This document shows positions 13,650 through 25,709 of a DNA stretch of 64,000 nt, in pieces (position 1 is the first letter of the stretch; the number at the start of each line of letters is the position of its first letter). The notes beneath the pieces were generated by a model, which ran no database searches, was not told where the DNA came from, and was given only the letters and a program-made list of their open reading frames with translations. The DNA is from Plasmodiophora brassicae (Eukaryota). The position numbers were made by a program, and so were the translations under genes. Where the stretch lies: positions 496,001 through 560,000 of the forward strand of contig CP145414.1 of assembly GCA_036867785.1 (NCBI GenBank), in the 5' to 3' direction.

Positions 13650-14826
13650 CTAACGATCTGCCATGGACATGTTGGTCGTGCTCTCCATATCGTCGACATC
13701 ATCGGGCGAGGTGGCGCCGACGGTGGGCGACGGCGCACTCTGAAAGTACGGGTGCGTCAGGGCGTCTTCGGCGGAGATCCGCCGCGCTGGGTTGTATTCC
13801 AGCATGCGCATGAGGAGGTCGAGGCCGAGGTCATTCAGACGCGGGCAGATGGATCGGATGTTCTGACCAGGGAATTGCGGGAAATCGCCCCTGTACTCGG
13901 GCAGGTCGACAATGCCGGGCCAGGCGTCCGGGCTGGGTGTGCCGAACATTTCGAAAATCTTCAGCAGCTGATCCTTCTCGCTGCTGCCCGGGAGCAGCGG
14001 CCGACTAGTGGCCATCTCGGCGAAAATACACCCAACGGACCAGATGTCCACAGGCGTTGAATAGTTTCGGCTATTGACCACCGTTAGGGAACTCGTGGGA
14101 ACCAATGGTGCCGCTGTGAACGTACCTCCCCATGAGGACGTCTGGCGCTCTGTACCACAGGGTAACGACCTCGTGGGTATAATTCCTCACAGGGATACCG
14201 AAGGCCCTCGCCAAACCGAAGTCAGCGAGCTTCAATTCACCCTCGACGTTGATTAAGAGATTCTGCGGTTTCAGGTCACGATGCAGAACACGATGGTGAT
14301 GACAGTAGGCAACACCGAGCAGCAGCTGTACGGCAGACTGTCATGTACGGGTTCTTAGCAGCAACCCATCCATATATACCTGCTTCAAGAACGACTGAAT
14401 AGCAGCAGGGTCAAGCCCTTTATCGCCAGCAGCGTCCAGGTACTTCTTCAGGTCTTGATCGAGAAACTCGAACACCAGAGTCAACTTCTTTTCCGTATGG
14501 ACAACGTCATACAACCTGTGGCATTTCCCGTCAGATTCGATCATAACTGGCACGCAGGCCCAGTACTACCTGACGATATTAGGGTGATGCAGCTGCTTTA
14601 ACAATGATATTTCGCGGATGGCTGTTGAAGGAATGCCCTCATCGTCGACAGTCAGCCGAATCTTCTTGAGCGCCAGCAGATCTCCTGCAGCGCCGACGAC
14701 TCAGACCCCAAGCGCCACACGAGAACGACGGGAGGCACGCGCACCGGTTTGCCTGTCCTTGGCCTTGTACACGATGCCGTATGTGCCCTCGCCAATTTTC
14801 TCGAGCTTCTGATAGCGCTCCGACAT
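13650..14826 (-). CDS. PSTAIRE cyclin-dependent kinase (CDC2/CDK5/PK5-like)
   Basis: [109 protein letters not shown]. Confidence 0.95.
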
Positions 14827-15302
14827 GTCCCGCGCCGGTACTCCGGCAACCGTGCAGGGTGCCGCACAGCCGGCAGCTACTCCGCGCAGCCGATCGCAGT
14901 CGCGCACCGAGCGCCTTATTTCGACCGCGGCAATCGTGACGGGACGATTTCCCCAACGCTTGTCTGACTGAACTGAACACAGCACGCGGGGGCGATGCCA
15001 GAGAACCTCTGCCGGAAGCACGACTGCGATCTGTGATCGGCAGGCCGCGATACCGCTGTCGAGCGATGCTCGAGGAAGGGTCGATCACGATGATGTCAGC
15101 TACAATAAGGACGGGTGGGTGGCCAATCGTCTATGGCGGACCGCACGAATAGGCGCAGCGTTTTGAAGCGAGCTCTACGTCGGCGACTGTAGCCATGGCA
15201 TTTGCTTGATCGACCAGTCGTCCTGATATCACGGCGGCGCGGCTAAATTCGCCCAACTTTGCCGATCAGCGTGCCGAATTCCGTGGCAGCGTGTCCGCCA
15301 TC

Positions 15303-16845
15303 ATGACGTTCGAGGACGACGACGGCCCTGTCAAGTTGGCCGAAGGCACGTACGACGATGTGATTGTGGGGACGGGGCTGGCGGCCTCCGTCCTGGCGGC
15401 GGCGCTGGCCGGTGACGGCCGGGCGGTCTTGCACTGCGACGCCAACGGGTACTACGGCGATGAGACTGCCACGGTACCATGGCGCCAGCTGATACAGCGC
15501 CTGGAGAAGGATCCGCGATACGGTGCCGTTTCTGTCGACGTTCCGGACGACGATGACGGGTCGGTCGATGGCAACGCGTACCTGTTCGACCTGATGCCGT
15601 TGGTGCTCTATTCCCGGTCCGACATTGTTGACGCCCTTGTTCGCAGTCGCTCTTCGAACTACCTGTCCTTCCGCTGCATCGAACGGCACTTCGCATTGGT
15701 CGATGGGAGAGTCGTCTCCGTGCCCATGTCGAGGAACGACGTCTTCCAGTCCGACTGTATCGATCGCGCTGATAAACGGCGCCTGATGAAGTTGATGCAC
15801 GTCGTCATGGACGGTGATCGCCTCGCCACGGCGCCCAGCAACGCAATGGACCGGGACCTCCTCGGCCAGTACTCGGACAGGCCGTTTCGCGAGTATCTTG
15901 CTGCTATCGGCCTATCGCCCATGCTGCAGACGTTCATCATTTATTCGTTCTGTTTCGATGACGGTGAAACCATGTCGACGGATCAGGGCATTGCTGCGCT
16001 GAAGAAGTTCCTGATGTCCATGGGTCGCTTTGATCGTGGCGCACTGCTCTATCCGGTCTATGGCACGGGCGACCTCCCACAGGCGTTCTGCAGGCTGGCT
16101 GCTGTGTACGGCGCCACGTATCTGCTTCGGTGCGCGCCAGATCTGACGGACGACGAGATGGTTCTGGGTGGCACCGACCAACGGATTGATTTCCAGAACG
16201 TTATCACTCGTGAGGTGTACGACGCTTCGTCGACCGATAGTGTTTCAAGGTGCATATGCGTCAGCCGGGTCCCGATTGTCGATGGAGTTGGTATATGCAT
16301 GCTGACTGTGCCGCCTGACGATCCTGGTCAGCACGTCGTTCGTGTACTCCAGGTAGTGGTTGATAGGGAAACAAATGTGCCAGAACTGTGCTGACGGGTT
16401 CGCGCAGGTCGATGAAGCATCCGGCTGCGCCCCACCAGGCTCGTACATTATCTACCTGTCGACAAGGCAATGCGATCGGGCACAAGAGCGTATCAGGGGC
16501 GTTCTCGAAAGGATTGTCACGTCAGCCAACAGGAAACGCACGGTCTTCTTCTGTGAGCATCGCTCATCGCTAATCATCCAGCAGTCCCGTAAGACCTGTG
16601 GCACCAACCAAGGGGATGACGTAACGGCAGAACTCAAGTCGCGTCGAAGAATTTCGATATCCGGCTCTTCGTACCTGTTCGATGCTGATGACATGGTCAA
16701 GGAGGCGCGTAATGCGTTTGAGCAATTGCGTCCTGGGTCCGAGTTTCTTCGGCAGCGGCCAGGGGAGGACGACGACTTGGATGTTGACACCAGGAACAAT
16801 CCCGAGTTCTGTCGCATCGTCACCGATGACACTAATGCGGGATAA
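15303..16845 (+). CDS. Rab escort protein (REP/CHM), GDI-CHM family
   Basis: YDDVIVGTGL..SVLAAALA..G..VLHCD.NGYYG, FDLMPLVLYSRS, VPMSRNDVFQ, LLYPVYGTGDLPQAFCRLAAVYGATY; one intron near 16353-16410. Confidence 0.9.
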
Positions 16846-17013
16846 ACGACGTCACCTTCGATTTTCCGTTCAGCGATGTTGACGTCATGCTCCATGACGC
16901 AACTGATGCGCTGTCACCCTACAGTCCAGATCTCAACTGCTTCAATACTCGGGCGTTCAAATCAAATAACGTGAGTGTCGCCAGCAGAGACACCAGGGGT
17001 GTCCTCTGACGGG

Positions 17014-18711
17014 ATGACGGGTCCACACCCGAAAGGATTTACGTATTGGGCGAGGCATCCAGCCATACGCATTGTGAATATCACAGCAATTACGCTGCTG
17101 AACTGCGTCCTCTTCCTGAAGGATCCCATATCACACTCGCCTGCTGAGGCGGAGCTACCTGTGCTTGGGCCAGCCATGAAGTTCATGTTCTACCACTATG
17201 CCTACCTCGATGCCTGGGGCATGATCTTCAAAACCATCTTCGCACTGGTGTATCTAGCTGTGGGTCTGTTCTTTGGCAAGTACGTCCTCCATGACTTCCT
17301 GTTCAGGAACCGATTCGAGTAAGGCGCTGTCTGCGCCTGTCGTTTCGCCGTTACGGTGTGTGACACGCGCATTGATAGGTGGGCCATGTTTAACGACGAC
17401 AAGGGATCGTGGTTCTGCATGTGCCTGTCGAGCTTGTGGTCCCTGTATGCGGGCTGCTTCATATTCAACGCTCTCGAGGAGTTGTGTAACCCGAAAGCGT
17501 ACGTGCAATGGTTTCGTATGTGTCCTGGCAGGCCAGCTGACAGGACACCCGGTGCACAGTAATGACTACGACGGGTTTAATGACGGCCTGGGATTCACGT
17601 TCGGCGAGTTCCACGAATTTCTGAGCCCGTTTTCACTGTCGTTCAACGTGTTCACCATCGTTATGGTGTTCGATGACATCCTCCAGGTACGACCGCCATC
17701 AGCTACAGCCACAGACTGTATCTGAGTCTCTGTTGTCTAGGATCGGAACAACGACGCGAACGCTCGCAGCGCAGGAACCGTCTCGATATTCGGGTCCTTC
17801 TTCGAGGGGGATCCTTATCCGGACACGTGGGTGGGCCTCAAGAAGATATACCGGGCAGCGAACGGGTTCGTTCGCGTGGCACTCTTCTGGTACGTTCCCG
17901 TCGATGTTGATTCGGCAACGCCTGCGATTCTGATTCAACCCGACGCAGGATCGTTGCCGTCCTGCTGATCACGTTCCACATCCTTGTAGCGAACTCCTAT
18001 CACCTGGAGCACGACTGGACCCACAAGAGGCTCATCCCAGCCATGTCGGAATTCGACAGGTAAGCCGCAGGCGTGACCTGTGGAGCAGCGGCTCGTGGCT
18101 GACCTCCTTGCCAGATCTATGCTCGCCGCCATTATCACGTCGTTGGAGTTGATCTGCATCATGCAGGACGAGGAGTTCCCGCGGTTCAATGCCATCCATC
18201 GTGTCCGACTGTTCGGGTTCAACTCGTACCGTATCCACATTGCATTCAAGCAATGCGACATCGTCGTTACCGGCAAATGGTTCAACTACTCCCTGGTCCT
18301 GTTCACTCTTCTGATCAACTTCATCATGTTCGACTATCAGGTATGTGGAGATGCGCGCCTAAGTGCACACCAACGATCCTAACGCGTGGCATTTCTAGTT
18401 CACGTACACGCCAGATTTCTACCAGCAATCGCTGACGTCGGACGGTTTCATCATCAACACGAACGGGAAGATCCTCGAGAAGGCAAAGTCGGGATGTGTA
18501 CGGGAAATTATCGCAACCGGATCTGACCCCAATCCTCCATAGGTACCTGGGTGTCCCCCGAAGTATCATGGGCCTGACCGTGCTGCCAATGGCCGTGACC
18601 ATCGCCGGGTTCGTCTTCTGCCTGGTCCGCGACGCGCACCTGAAGCGCCAGGAGAAGCGAAAGCTCAAGGACCTGCAGGCGCTCGAGTTCAGCGTGTCGG
18701 AGGCGCTGTAG
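17014..18711 (+). CDS. TMEM117: TMEM117-like multi-pass membrane protein (start uncertain)
   Basis: F.YWARHP..RI, DPISHSPAEA, GKYVLHD, MFNDDKGSW, IMQDEEFP.F and VTGKWFNY match motifs I recall for TMEM117 (YYFQHP, DPVSHSQTEA, MFREDHGSW, MQDWEFP, TGKWFNY). Confidence 0.75.
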
Positions 18712-18980
18712 ACGACCCTGCCTTGCTATACATTATACAGACTTAATCCGACCCTGACAATCGGCTCGCGAATCGACATCCGTTCAGCAGCGCCCAGCAG
18801 ATGGGAATGGTGGCACACGTGGGCTGCACGACGAAAAGTGCGCGACTGGTGTCGGAGATTCGCGGGCGCAGTGCGGCGGACTCAACAGATTGCACCCGGC
18901 GGCGCGGACGGTGGACGACGACAGCAGCGGCGACGACACGGGCGCGCGAGCGTGGTACCGGGCCAACAGACACGGTCGTG

Positions 18981-20486
18981 ATGCTGGATCTAGCGGCGGA
19001 GAATCGCGAGGGGCAGCCCGCCGCCATTCCGAAGCCGACGCCGCCGGCCGCGCCAGCGCAGCTGTCCGCCTCGGTGATTGCGTCGTCGTTCGTCGAGCAG
19101 TACTACATGACGCTGGGCAACGCGCCGCAGAACGTCCACCGGTTCTACGGCATCGACTCGCGGTTTGCCAGGCTCGAGCAGGGCACGGCGCTGCCGATCG
19201 ACCAGGACCACAACGTCGTCGGCCAGGTGCAGATCCATGAGAAGATTCGCGAACTGCAGTACCAGAATTGCAAGGTGCTCATCGACACGATCGACTTCCA
19301 GGAGTCCCTCGACGGGTCCATCCTCGTCCTGGTCACGGGTCTGTTCAGCAACCAGGGTGAGCTCCCTCGTTGTCGTTCCCTGTCGCTATCGTCCCGCTGA
19401 CGGCCCGCTTGCTCAGGTGAGACGCCGCGTCCCTTCTGCCAGTCCGTCGTCCTGGCTCGTCAGGAACGCGGGTTCTACGTGCGCAACGACCTGCTGCGTT
19501 ACACCGGGTCTGGGCCTCGTACCGAGACGCCGCCTGTCACTCCCGTAGCGCCTGGAACGTCGGTTCCTCAGCCCAATCCTCCTCAGGAAGAGGCCCCTGT
19601 CGCACCCGCTCCTCCTGCCGCCGCCGCCAACGCCGCCGCCGCTGAGGAGGAACCGGCGTCCGCGCCCGCGTCAGCTGAGGAAGAATCGGAGGGCAACGAA
19701 CCGGAGGTTGTTGAGGCTGACGAGAAGGCTGTCACGGAAGATGACCCGCAAGCTGAGGACGCTGAACCTGCCCCTGAACAGGAGGAGGCGGAGGCAGCCG
19801 TGCCTGAAGCTCCCGAAGTCGTTGAAGAGAAGCCTGTCGAACCCGCTCCGAAGCCGGCGCGCCCGTCGTCGTGGGCGTCGCTCGTACGCAAGGACCTTCC
19901 AGCGCCAGCTCCGTCTGCGCCGACCACGTCTGTCAAGCCCGCCGCCGCTCCTTCTGCGCCAACCACGTCTGTTAAGCCCGCCGCCGCCCGCAACGTCGCT
20001 CCTGCCACCGAGGCCGCTTCCACGCCAGCGCCCGGCGAGCAGCCGACCCAGAAGCCGTTCATTCCCGCGAAGTCGCCGCCAAACCTGTCGAACCACTTGT
20101 TCGTGCAGAACCTGCCGGACGGCGTCACCCAAGCCGAGGTCGCGTCCCTGTTCAAGGCCTACGGCCCGATTGTTCGCGTCGAACTGCTGCCCAAGCGCCC
20201 GTTCGCGTTCGTCGTCTTCGAATCCGCCGACGGCGTCGCCAAGTCGCTGCAGGCGAAGTCGATCGTCCTTCAGGGCCGCGAACTCTCCGTTGACCAGCGC
20301 AAACCTCGTGGGTCGTTCGGCGCCGGGCGCGGCTTCCGAGGCGGACGCGGCGGTGCATCCGCCCCCGGGTCCCGAGGTCGGGGACGATATGTGGCACGTG
20401 GCACCCGCAACACCAACAACAACAACAACAACAGCAACAGCAAACCGGCGCCTACTCCTGCGGCCGCTGAACCCGCTCAGGCCTGA
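18981..20486 (+). CDS. G3BP-like NTF2 + acidic/Pro linker + RRM + RGG protein
   Basis: NTF2 domain (SFVEQYY.TL...P..VHRFY, DFQESLDGSILVLVTG, FCQSVVL...FYVRND); SWASLV motif; RRM (LFVQNLP, RPFAFVVF); RGG tail. One intron at about 19357-19417. Confidence 0.9.
19908..19985 (+). repeat. Coding tandem duplication, 2 x 39 bp (APSAPTTSVKPAA)
   Basis: gctccgtctgcgccgaccacgtctgtcaagcccgccgcc followed by gctccttctgcgccaaccacgtctgttaagcccgccgcc. Confidence 0.85.
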
Positions 20487-20812
20487 TAGCTCACAGGCAG
20501 GTGCGACATTGGTGTCTGCTGACTCTGCACGTGCCGACATATACTCAGGAGGATCGATGCACCATAAACTGTTGTGCCATTGCCATAGTCCATTTGCAAC
20601 GCCAGCCGAAACTGAAGCCGTTACACGATGACGAGCGCCCCGCCGTTACCCGTATTCGCGCCTGTCGTCGGATCGTAGAACGAACGTTGCGGAACGTTCC
20701 ATGCGCTCGTCATCCCCGCTGGACATTGCAACTCGGTTCCTCGTTTCCACAGGCCCTTCGTGCTCCCATCCAGGCTGGTCCATCATCCAGGCAGCGTTTC
20801 GCCGGTCACGCC

Positions 20813-23673
20813 ATGTCTCGCCTTCCTGCCGAATCGACCGTTGCTGCTGCTGCTGCTGCTGCTGCCGCCGCCGCTGCGCGAACCTCGCCGCCTCACCACC
20901 GACACCTTCCCCGATATCGTTCAACGACTCAGTACGACAGCGCCCTGCCGGGATCGCTCCGCTGCAGTACAGCATCGGGCGGCAGCAGCAACGCAGCCGG
21001 TATCCAGCAGTGTGACCACGCTGCCGCGTTCCAACCTTGGCGACCGTACCCGCGCGTCAGGTAAGCGCGCCCGCTTCTGAATATCTCCGACCGGAGCGCT
21101 TCCCAGCCGTCGACTCGTTGCCTGTGCAGGCGTCCGCCCGCCCCAACGCGTCGCCACCCCTCAAGCGCGTGCATGCTTTGCAGCTCCCCACTGGTGGTGT
21201 AACGCGGAGAAATCGGCTTCACGCGTCGCGTCCCTGATGCCACCCAGTTGCAGCTGCACGGCCGCTGATTGTAACGCAGGGCACCCCTCATGGCCAGACT
21301 GAGATTCCGTCGGCGACAGCGAAATATCTCGACGCGCTGATGGTTGCCTAGGGAGCCGTAGGGGGGCATGGCGGCGGCCACCGAGCCAGAGTTCGTCGTT
21401 GTCGCCGACCTCGACTGCACGGTCGCCGTCGAAGCGCCGAACGCGCCATGGCGGTACGGTGCGTTGGCGACGGCCGTCGTCCGCGTCGGCGGGGCGTCGG
21501 TCCCGATCCAGTCGCAGTACTTCACCAACGGGGTACGCGCGTCCAGGCTCGTCTTCAAGGTCATGGTGGACAGGAAATCGATCCGGAAGGACGATGAAGA
21601 CCGCGTTATCGTCGACGTGAACCCGCCGTTCCACCCGGACGCGAACCCGGTCGATGTGAACGCCAAGTTCCGCACCGGGTTCGTCGAGTTGCACGATTTC
21701 GTCATGACGGGGCGGTTTCAGCCGAACATCAGGACGGCGGTCGCCGTCTGTGCCGTCGCGGCCCACATGGGCGTCTCGGTCCACGCCGAGTACCTCGCGT
21801 ACATTCGTCAGCAACTGTCGCAGGTCACCGCTCCCGACGTCCTGCAGAGCGCATGGGAGTGCTGCTTCGACGACCTCGTCAAGGACAGCGAGCGCGTCAT
21901 GGCCAGGGAGTTCGGCACGTACAAAGGCAGGCAGTTCCATGGGTTCGTTCTGCGGCTCGTCGCCGAGGTACCAAACGCGTTTCGTGCACTGTTGCCCGCC
22001 TTGACTTGTGGTGTGCTCAGATCCTCGAGTGCCCTGAGCTGGTGTCCGGGGGCATCTACACGGTCAGCGACATCGTGCAATCGTATCTGAACCATCACCA
22101 GAACGTCGACGTGAACGGGTTCGAGCGGCTGACGGCGCCGATGACATCGCTGCACGAAGTCAACCCGCAGCATTGCACGTTCTTCGTCGAGCGGATCCAG
22201 GCGTACGAAGCGAAGGGCGAGCTGGTGGCCAGCAGCGACCACACGCACCGGTTCGCCGCCCTGCTGCGACGCCTGGAGGCGATGCTCGCCAAGAACTTCT
22301 TCTCGTTCCGCACCCAGGAGCTGATGGTCATCCGACCCGGCATCTTCGCCAACATGCTGCTGAACCCGGACCTGGTCGTCAAGGACAAACTCGACGTCAG
22401 CAACATCGTCGCCGCCTACCTGAAGGAGAAGGACCCGCAAATCACGACTGAGGAGTTCTACATGGTCGTGAAGGTCATGGATGACTTCCCGATTTCGGCG
22501 GACGACGTCATCTTCTTCGCCAACCGTATCGAGCATCACACGCCGCTGACGGCGGGCCTGCACGCGGGCATTGCCAGCGTTCTGTCGCAGGTGCTGATCA
22601 CCTGCAAGGACGTCATGGCGCGTTGCATCCAGAGCATTCCCATAGCGTCGTTCGTTGCCATCTCGTTGCGCACGCTGTGCGACGTCCTGTCCAGGGACGC
22701 GCTGCAATGTGGCCACGAGGACCTGGTGTTCGACCTCGTCTCGGATTACCTGGCGAAGAAGTCGGCGTCGCTGACGACGGAAGAGGTCGAGACGTTCTGG
22801 CGGACATGCCGGTTCCATCTGCTGTCGTCAGCGTGCCTGGCGCGTGCGTTCCAGGAGCGGACGCTGCCGAAGGAGTACCTGGCGGCCGCCTTGATCCACA
22901 AGCAGCGCTCCGAGAAGGGCGAGGTCGACGAACGCAAATGCGATTTCGACTCGTACGCGAAATCGATTCTGGTGCTTCGCCCGCGTCTGTCGCTGGAGGA
23001 CCTGAAGGCGCGCGAGGAAGAGGACAGAGCCGTGCAGGCCGTAATGGACTCGCAGCGCGTCAACCCGGACCGATGCAGCCGGGTGATGCAGGTCGCCGAC
23101 GACGGCGCCACGATTTGTGTGTCGTCGGACGTCGACGACGAGAACGAGAAGGGCGCCGCCCTGTTCCAGCACGGGTTCGATTGCGCCCAGGGCGGGTTGT
23201 TCTCGTTCGAGGTGAAGATCGAGAAGCTGCCGGCGGAGTTCTGGGAGGTCCTCGTGGGCGTCGCGGATCGGGACCACCCGACTGATAAGTGGGTCGGCGC
23301 CACGGCCACGTCGTGGTGCTACCTGGCGCTGCACTCGGGGTCGCGCACCTACAACAACACGGTCTGCGGGCAGTACAACACGACCGAGACGCTGAGCATC
23401 GGCGACACGATCGGCGTCCTGCTGGACTGTACCGACAGGAAGAGCGCCGTCATCTCGTTCTCGGTCAACTCGGCCGACAAGGGCAACGCGTTCGAGGACA
23501 TCCACGCGTACGGTGAGCTGCCCAAGGAAGGCACGGGGAGAGGCGACGAGGCGGCGGGGGCGGCGCCCCAGCCTGGTGCGCCCCCACCCGCCAACGTCTT
23601 CTACCCGGCCGTCTCCCTCAATCGCAAAGGCGTCCAGGTCAAAGTCGGCCGGTTCAAATGGAGACGGCATTAA
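20813..23673 (+). CDS. BTB-like + BACK-like repeats + SPRY domain protein (putative cullin adaptor; first exon uncertain)
   Basis: BACK motif LCDVLSRDALQCGHEDLVFDLV...CRFHLLS; SPRY motifs FSFEVKI, VLVGVA, GDTIGVLLD, ISFSVN, FYPAVSL. Putative first exon 20813-21060 has a GCT/GCC poly-Ala tract; confident coding from 21368. Confidence 0.75.
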
Positions 23674-23874
23674 TATAGATCCAGGTTTTAAAGACCGGCG
23701 CGACCGTTTGGTTCATGCCTGACTCCGCGGCGGAGGGCTCCGACGTGTAACGTAGCGGGCGACGTGCCGCTGCCGCGTCGACAATGTCCTGGTTGGGATT
23801 TAGGGAGGCGGATAGCACCTGACCACGACCATGTGCGTAGGCGGTGGCGAGCTAGGCGTCGTCATTCGTGAAGT

Positions 23875-24219
23875 ATGGTGCGTCGTGTCATGATGAAGGT
23901 CACGGTCGTGGTCGCCCTCTATGCGGTAGCGATTGCGGCGCAGTTGGCAGCGCCCGCCTCTGGTGATGCGTATAACGACACGACGCAGACGAACAGCACA
24001 ATTCCAGCACCGACGAACAGCACAACTCCAGCGCCGGTGAACAGCACAACTCCAGCGCCGACGAACGGCACAACGCCGAACAGCACGACGCCAGCGCCAA
24101 CGAACTGTACAATGTCGAACTGCACAGGGAATGGCACCATCACGGACGGGGGCGCGTTCCCGGGCAACGACGGCGGATCGGCCAGTGTCAGCGGCGGTTC
24201 CCTCTACGAGTTCAACTGA
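23875..24219 (+). CDS. Small secreted Thr/Pro/Asn-rich mucin-like protein
   Basis: Hydrophobic leader (VTVVVALYAVAIAA); 24-bp repeats encoding TNSTTPAP; 9 N-x-T sequons; intronless, 114 aa. Confidence 0.75.
   Translation: MVRRVMMKVTVVVALYAVAIAAQLAAPASGDAYNDTTQTNSTIPAPTNSTTPAPVNSTTPAPTNGTTPNSTTPAPTNCTMSNCTGNGTITDGGAFPGNDGGSASVSGGSLYEFN
23989..24099 (+). repeat. Imperfect 24-bp coding tandem repeat (about 4.5 units)
   Basis: acgaacagcacaattccagcaccg / acgaacagcacaactccagcgccg / gtgaacagcacaactccagcgccg / acgaacggcacaacgccg / aacagcacgacgccagcgcca. Confidence 0.85.
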
Positions 24220-24329
24220 AACGATGCGGGGGTCCTAGTGTAACCGAGACGTGCCAATAAACGTCCAAACGGAACCAACGGGTTTACTAGGTAGGCGTCT
24301 ACAGGTCCGGCGCATGGCCAGCTGGCTTA

Positions 24330-25399
24330 TTACGGGAAATGCTCGAACTTGATGTAGATCGCGACGGCCAGGTGGGGGATCGTCAGCAGCGCGAGAAACA
24401 CCCACCGCTTCGACCATCCGCTCTCCGGGGACAGCCTACTCAAAACGTGTTTGGCGACGGTCGCTAGTGAACAGCCCCAGGCCGTTAGCAGAACCAGCCA
24501 TCTGAGAAGGTCGAAGTTGACGACCGCAACGACCTAGAGCAACATCAGAACAGGAACTGGAGACATTGACAGCGAACTGACGCTTGCGGGAATAAAGACC
24601 GCCAGTGAGTACCCGTAAACGCTGACGAGTTCCACGAGTTTCACGGACGGTTCAAGTTGCCGAACGCAGATCCACATCAGCGTAGGCACAACGGTCAGGA
24701 ACATGTAGAGGACAGACGCGGCTACGGCAAGCTTTTTAACGTCCAGCCGCTGCGCCAACGACGAATCGAAATAGACGGAGAGGTTGCCGAGGATGGCCAG
24801 CAGGATCACCAGTGTTGTTGTCACCCAGAATGGCCCACAGAGCTCCGGTTTAGGCGGAGCGACTTGCGCTTCCAGTGACGATACCTCGTCGGAGGCGTAT
24901 AGTGACGACGCCGCCGGATTCAGTGCCCGCATCAGACGCACAGCGACCTCGGAATCGTTCGCATCCCAGAGCGAGCGATAGTAATCGAGCTTCCAGAAAC
25001 TGGCATTGGGATCAATTTTCGATCGGCTGGGTGCATTCGGCGCATCGTTCACGGGTTTGTCGCCAAACGCGGGCCCGGATGGTGGGACATCTGCACGATG
25101 CAGTCGGAAAGAGACACGGCTAGACGGACCGTTTGGCACTCACAGGAAGAGCTCATCTGGCCGATAGGGAACTCGTCATCATCAATGCCCAGTTCGGCCT
25201 CGGTGTTGACTGAGCATCAGTAGTCAGGCGCACCGCGCTGTACAACCCCGCCAAACCGACAGTCGTCATCGTTGGTCGGCACGTCGATCCCGTACAGCGG
25301 GTTCTTTGCGTCGGACCCGCGAAGGTCCACGGCGGCGTGGTCGTCGCCCATCCCGCCCTGCATCCCAACGCTGGAGTACTGATTCGACGACGATCTCAT
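24330..25399 (-). CDS. Yip1-domain Golgi membrane protein (YIPF1/2-like)
   Basis: SFWKLDYYRSLWD...V..RL, PELCGPFWVTTTLV, GNLSVY, ELVSVYGYSLAVFIPAS; last exon ends ...AIYIKFEHFP*. Confidence 0.85.
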
Positions 25400-25709
25400 G
25401 TCGGCGGCGGACAGCGCAAAACGGGACTGTCCGCTGATTTTTTGTACCGCGAAACACCCGCCGGACGACTCTCCTTGGCGTAAATAGTGCAGGTTTGGAG
25501 GACTCTGCGAGCCGGTGTACGTGGTCAGAGACGAAATTGTTTCCCGGTTCCCAGAAGTTTTGGCTGAGGCATGATTTGGGAAACTGCCACGAAAACTCTT
25601 CTCTAGACAGGCAGGTATACGCAGCACGAGCGAGCACCAGGCAATGTTGTACGCGAATGGGGCCGACATGTCTGGACCCGCTCATCATGTATTCATGCCC
25701 GACGTCGGC

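Noticed and set aside
20410-20877. AAC and GCT/GCC microsatellites
   Set aside because: Ordinary poly-Asn and poly-Ala tracts in low-complexity coding regions.
23989-24099. Short direct repeats as a possible CRISPR array (also 32798-32853)
   Set aside because: Units are contiguous, in-frame coding repeats with no unique spacers; eukaryotic context and no cas genes.
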